Shown: positions 63,473-64,000 of the stretch, in pieces | Numbering within the stretch: the first letter of the stretch is position 1 | How the letters are laid out: each line of letters opens with the position of its first letter | Assembly (NCBI GenBank): GCA_045591505.1 | Contig: JAZNSW010000029.1 | Span: forward strand, 50,368-114,367 | Source: Paludibacteraceae bacterium | GTDB taxonomy: Bacteria > Bacteroidota > Bacteroidia > Bacteroidales > Paludibacteraceae | DNA: 64,000 nucleotides | Direction of reading: 5' to 3' | Notes under the pieces: model-generated | What the model was told of the DNA's origin: nothing | The model's database searches: none | The model's input: the letters and a program-made list of their open reading frames with translations, nothing else | Position numbers and translations under genes: made by a program

Positions 63473-64000
63473 TTATTTTACGATAGCAATATATTTTTCG
63501 ATATCTTGTGCCTCAGCAGACATTGGATATTCGTTTTTGATGGTTTCGAACGCTACTTTAGCAGCATTGTTGTTACCTAATTCCATTTGAACGAAGCCCA
63601 ATTTTTTGAGACTCATAGGTGCAATAATCTCATTATCAGAAGCAGCAGCTTTCTCGAAAGCCTTAGCAGCTTTAGCATAATCTTCTAATTGCACATAAGC
63701 ATCACCCAAGAGTTGCAATGCAGCAGGCTCAATGTTCAAGTCATTCGCATTAAATTTAGCCAAATACTCAGCAGCAGCTGTGTAATCACCTAATTGATAA
63801 TAGCAAACACCAGCATAAAGCGCAGCTAATTTACCTTCTTTTGAGCATTTGTTCTCATTAGCAATTTGCTCAAAACCAATACACTCAGCATCATCGCCAT
63901 TCAATGCTAACTCGTAGTTACCTTGCATAAAATATGCAGCAGCTTTAGCATTTTCGTTACTTGCCTCTTGTGCTTTTGGTTTGAGAACATAGTTATTAAG
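63473..64000 (-). CDS. TPR-repeat protein (3' part; ORF stays open to the window edge)
   Basis: TPR-like AAxYxxxGxCYYQLGDY units. The reading frame has no stop between 63928 and 64000. Confidence 0.7.
   Translation of the reverse strand, partial: LNNYVLKPKAQEASNENAKAAAYFMQGNYELALNGDDAECIGFEQIANENKCSKEGKLAALYAGVCYYQLGDYTAAAEYLAKFNANDLNIEPAALQLLGDAYVQLEDYAKAAKAFEKAAASDNEIIAPMSLKKLGFVQMELGNNNAAKVAFETIKNEYPMSAEAQDIEKYIAIVK

Noticed and set aside
1-64000. CRISPR arrays, IS elements or transposases, integrases, reverse transcriptases (retron or DGR), and prophage structural genes
   Set aside because: No 25-40-nt repeats with unique spacers were seen, and no ORF shows DDE, tyrosine or serine recombinase, or YxDD motifs. 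The islands show no visible mobility genes within this window.

Overview
The window looks like a Bacteroidota chromosome, probably Prevotella-like. This is inferred from TTTG-N19-21-TAnnTTTG promoters in front of most transcription units, the absence of Shine-Dalgarno sites, a long-form YidC and a T9SS-type C-terminal tail on a GH13 amylase. Most of it is housekeeping core: recN, rarA, hemW, PBP1A, mnmA, tRNA-Pro(UGG), yidC, a small glycosyltransferase cluster, prfB, pepC, ferritin, dxs, trkA/trkH, coaE, recR, rsmD, galE and ribH. Two visibly AT-richer accessory islands interrupt it. Island 1 (1-3.3 kb, minus strand) holds six small secreted or membrane ORFs plus a ~340-nt non-coding unit bounded by its own promoter and terminator. 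Island 2 (29.2-36.2 kb, plus strand) holds an orphan five-gene cassette, a COG1373-type AAA ATPase bracketed by two ~370-nt structured direct repeats, and an AbiEi/AbiEii pair. The cassette combines a stand-alone J-domain protein with an HPD motif, a double-zinc-ribbon membrane protein and three unknowns, and it is my best candidate for an undescribed system. The inner borders of both islands carry the same composite repeat in mirrored orientation. A second pervasive signal is a family of short tandem word repeats with 7-11 nt units (GGCGAnnA octamers, GTGAAAG-like words). They sit directly after stop codons, directly before start codons, and in frame inside conserved genes (rarA, hemW, mnmA, a UPF0597 gene, recN). 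I found no CRISPR array, transposase, integrase or reverse transcriptase. All family assignments come from motifs read by eye and need search-based confirmation.
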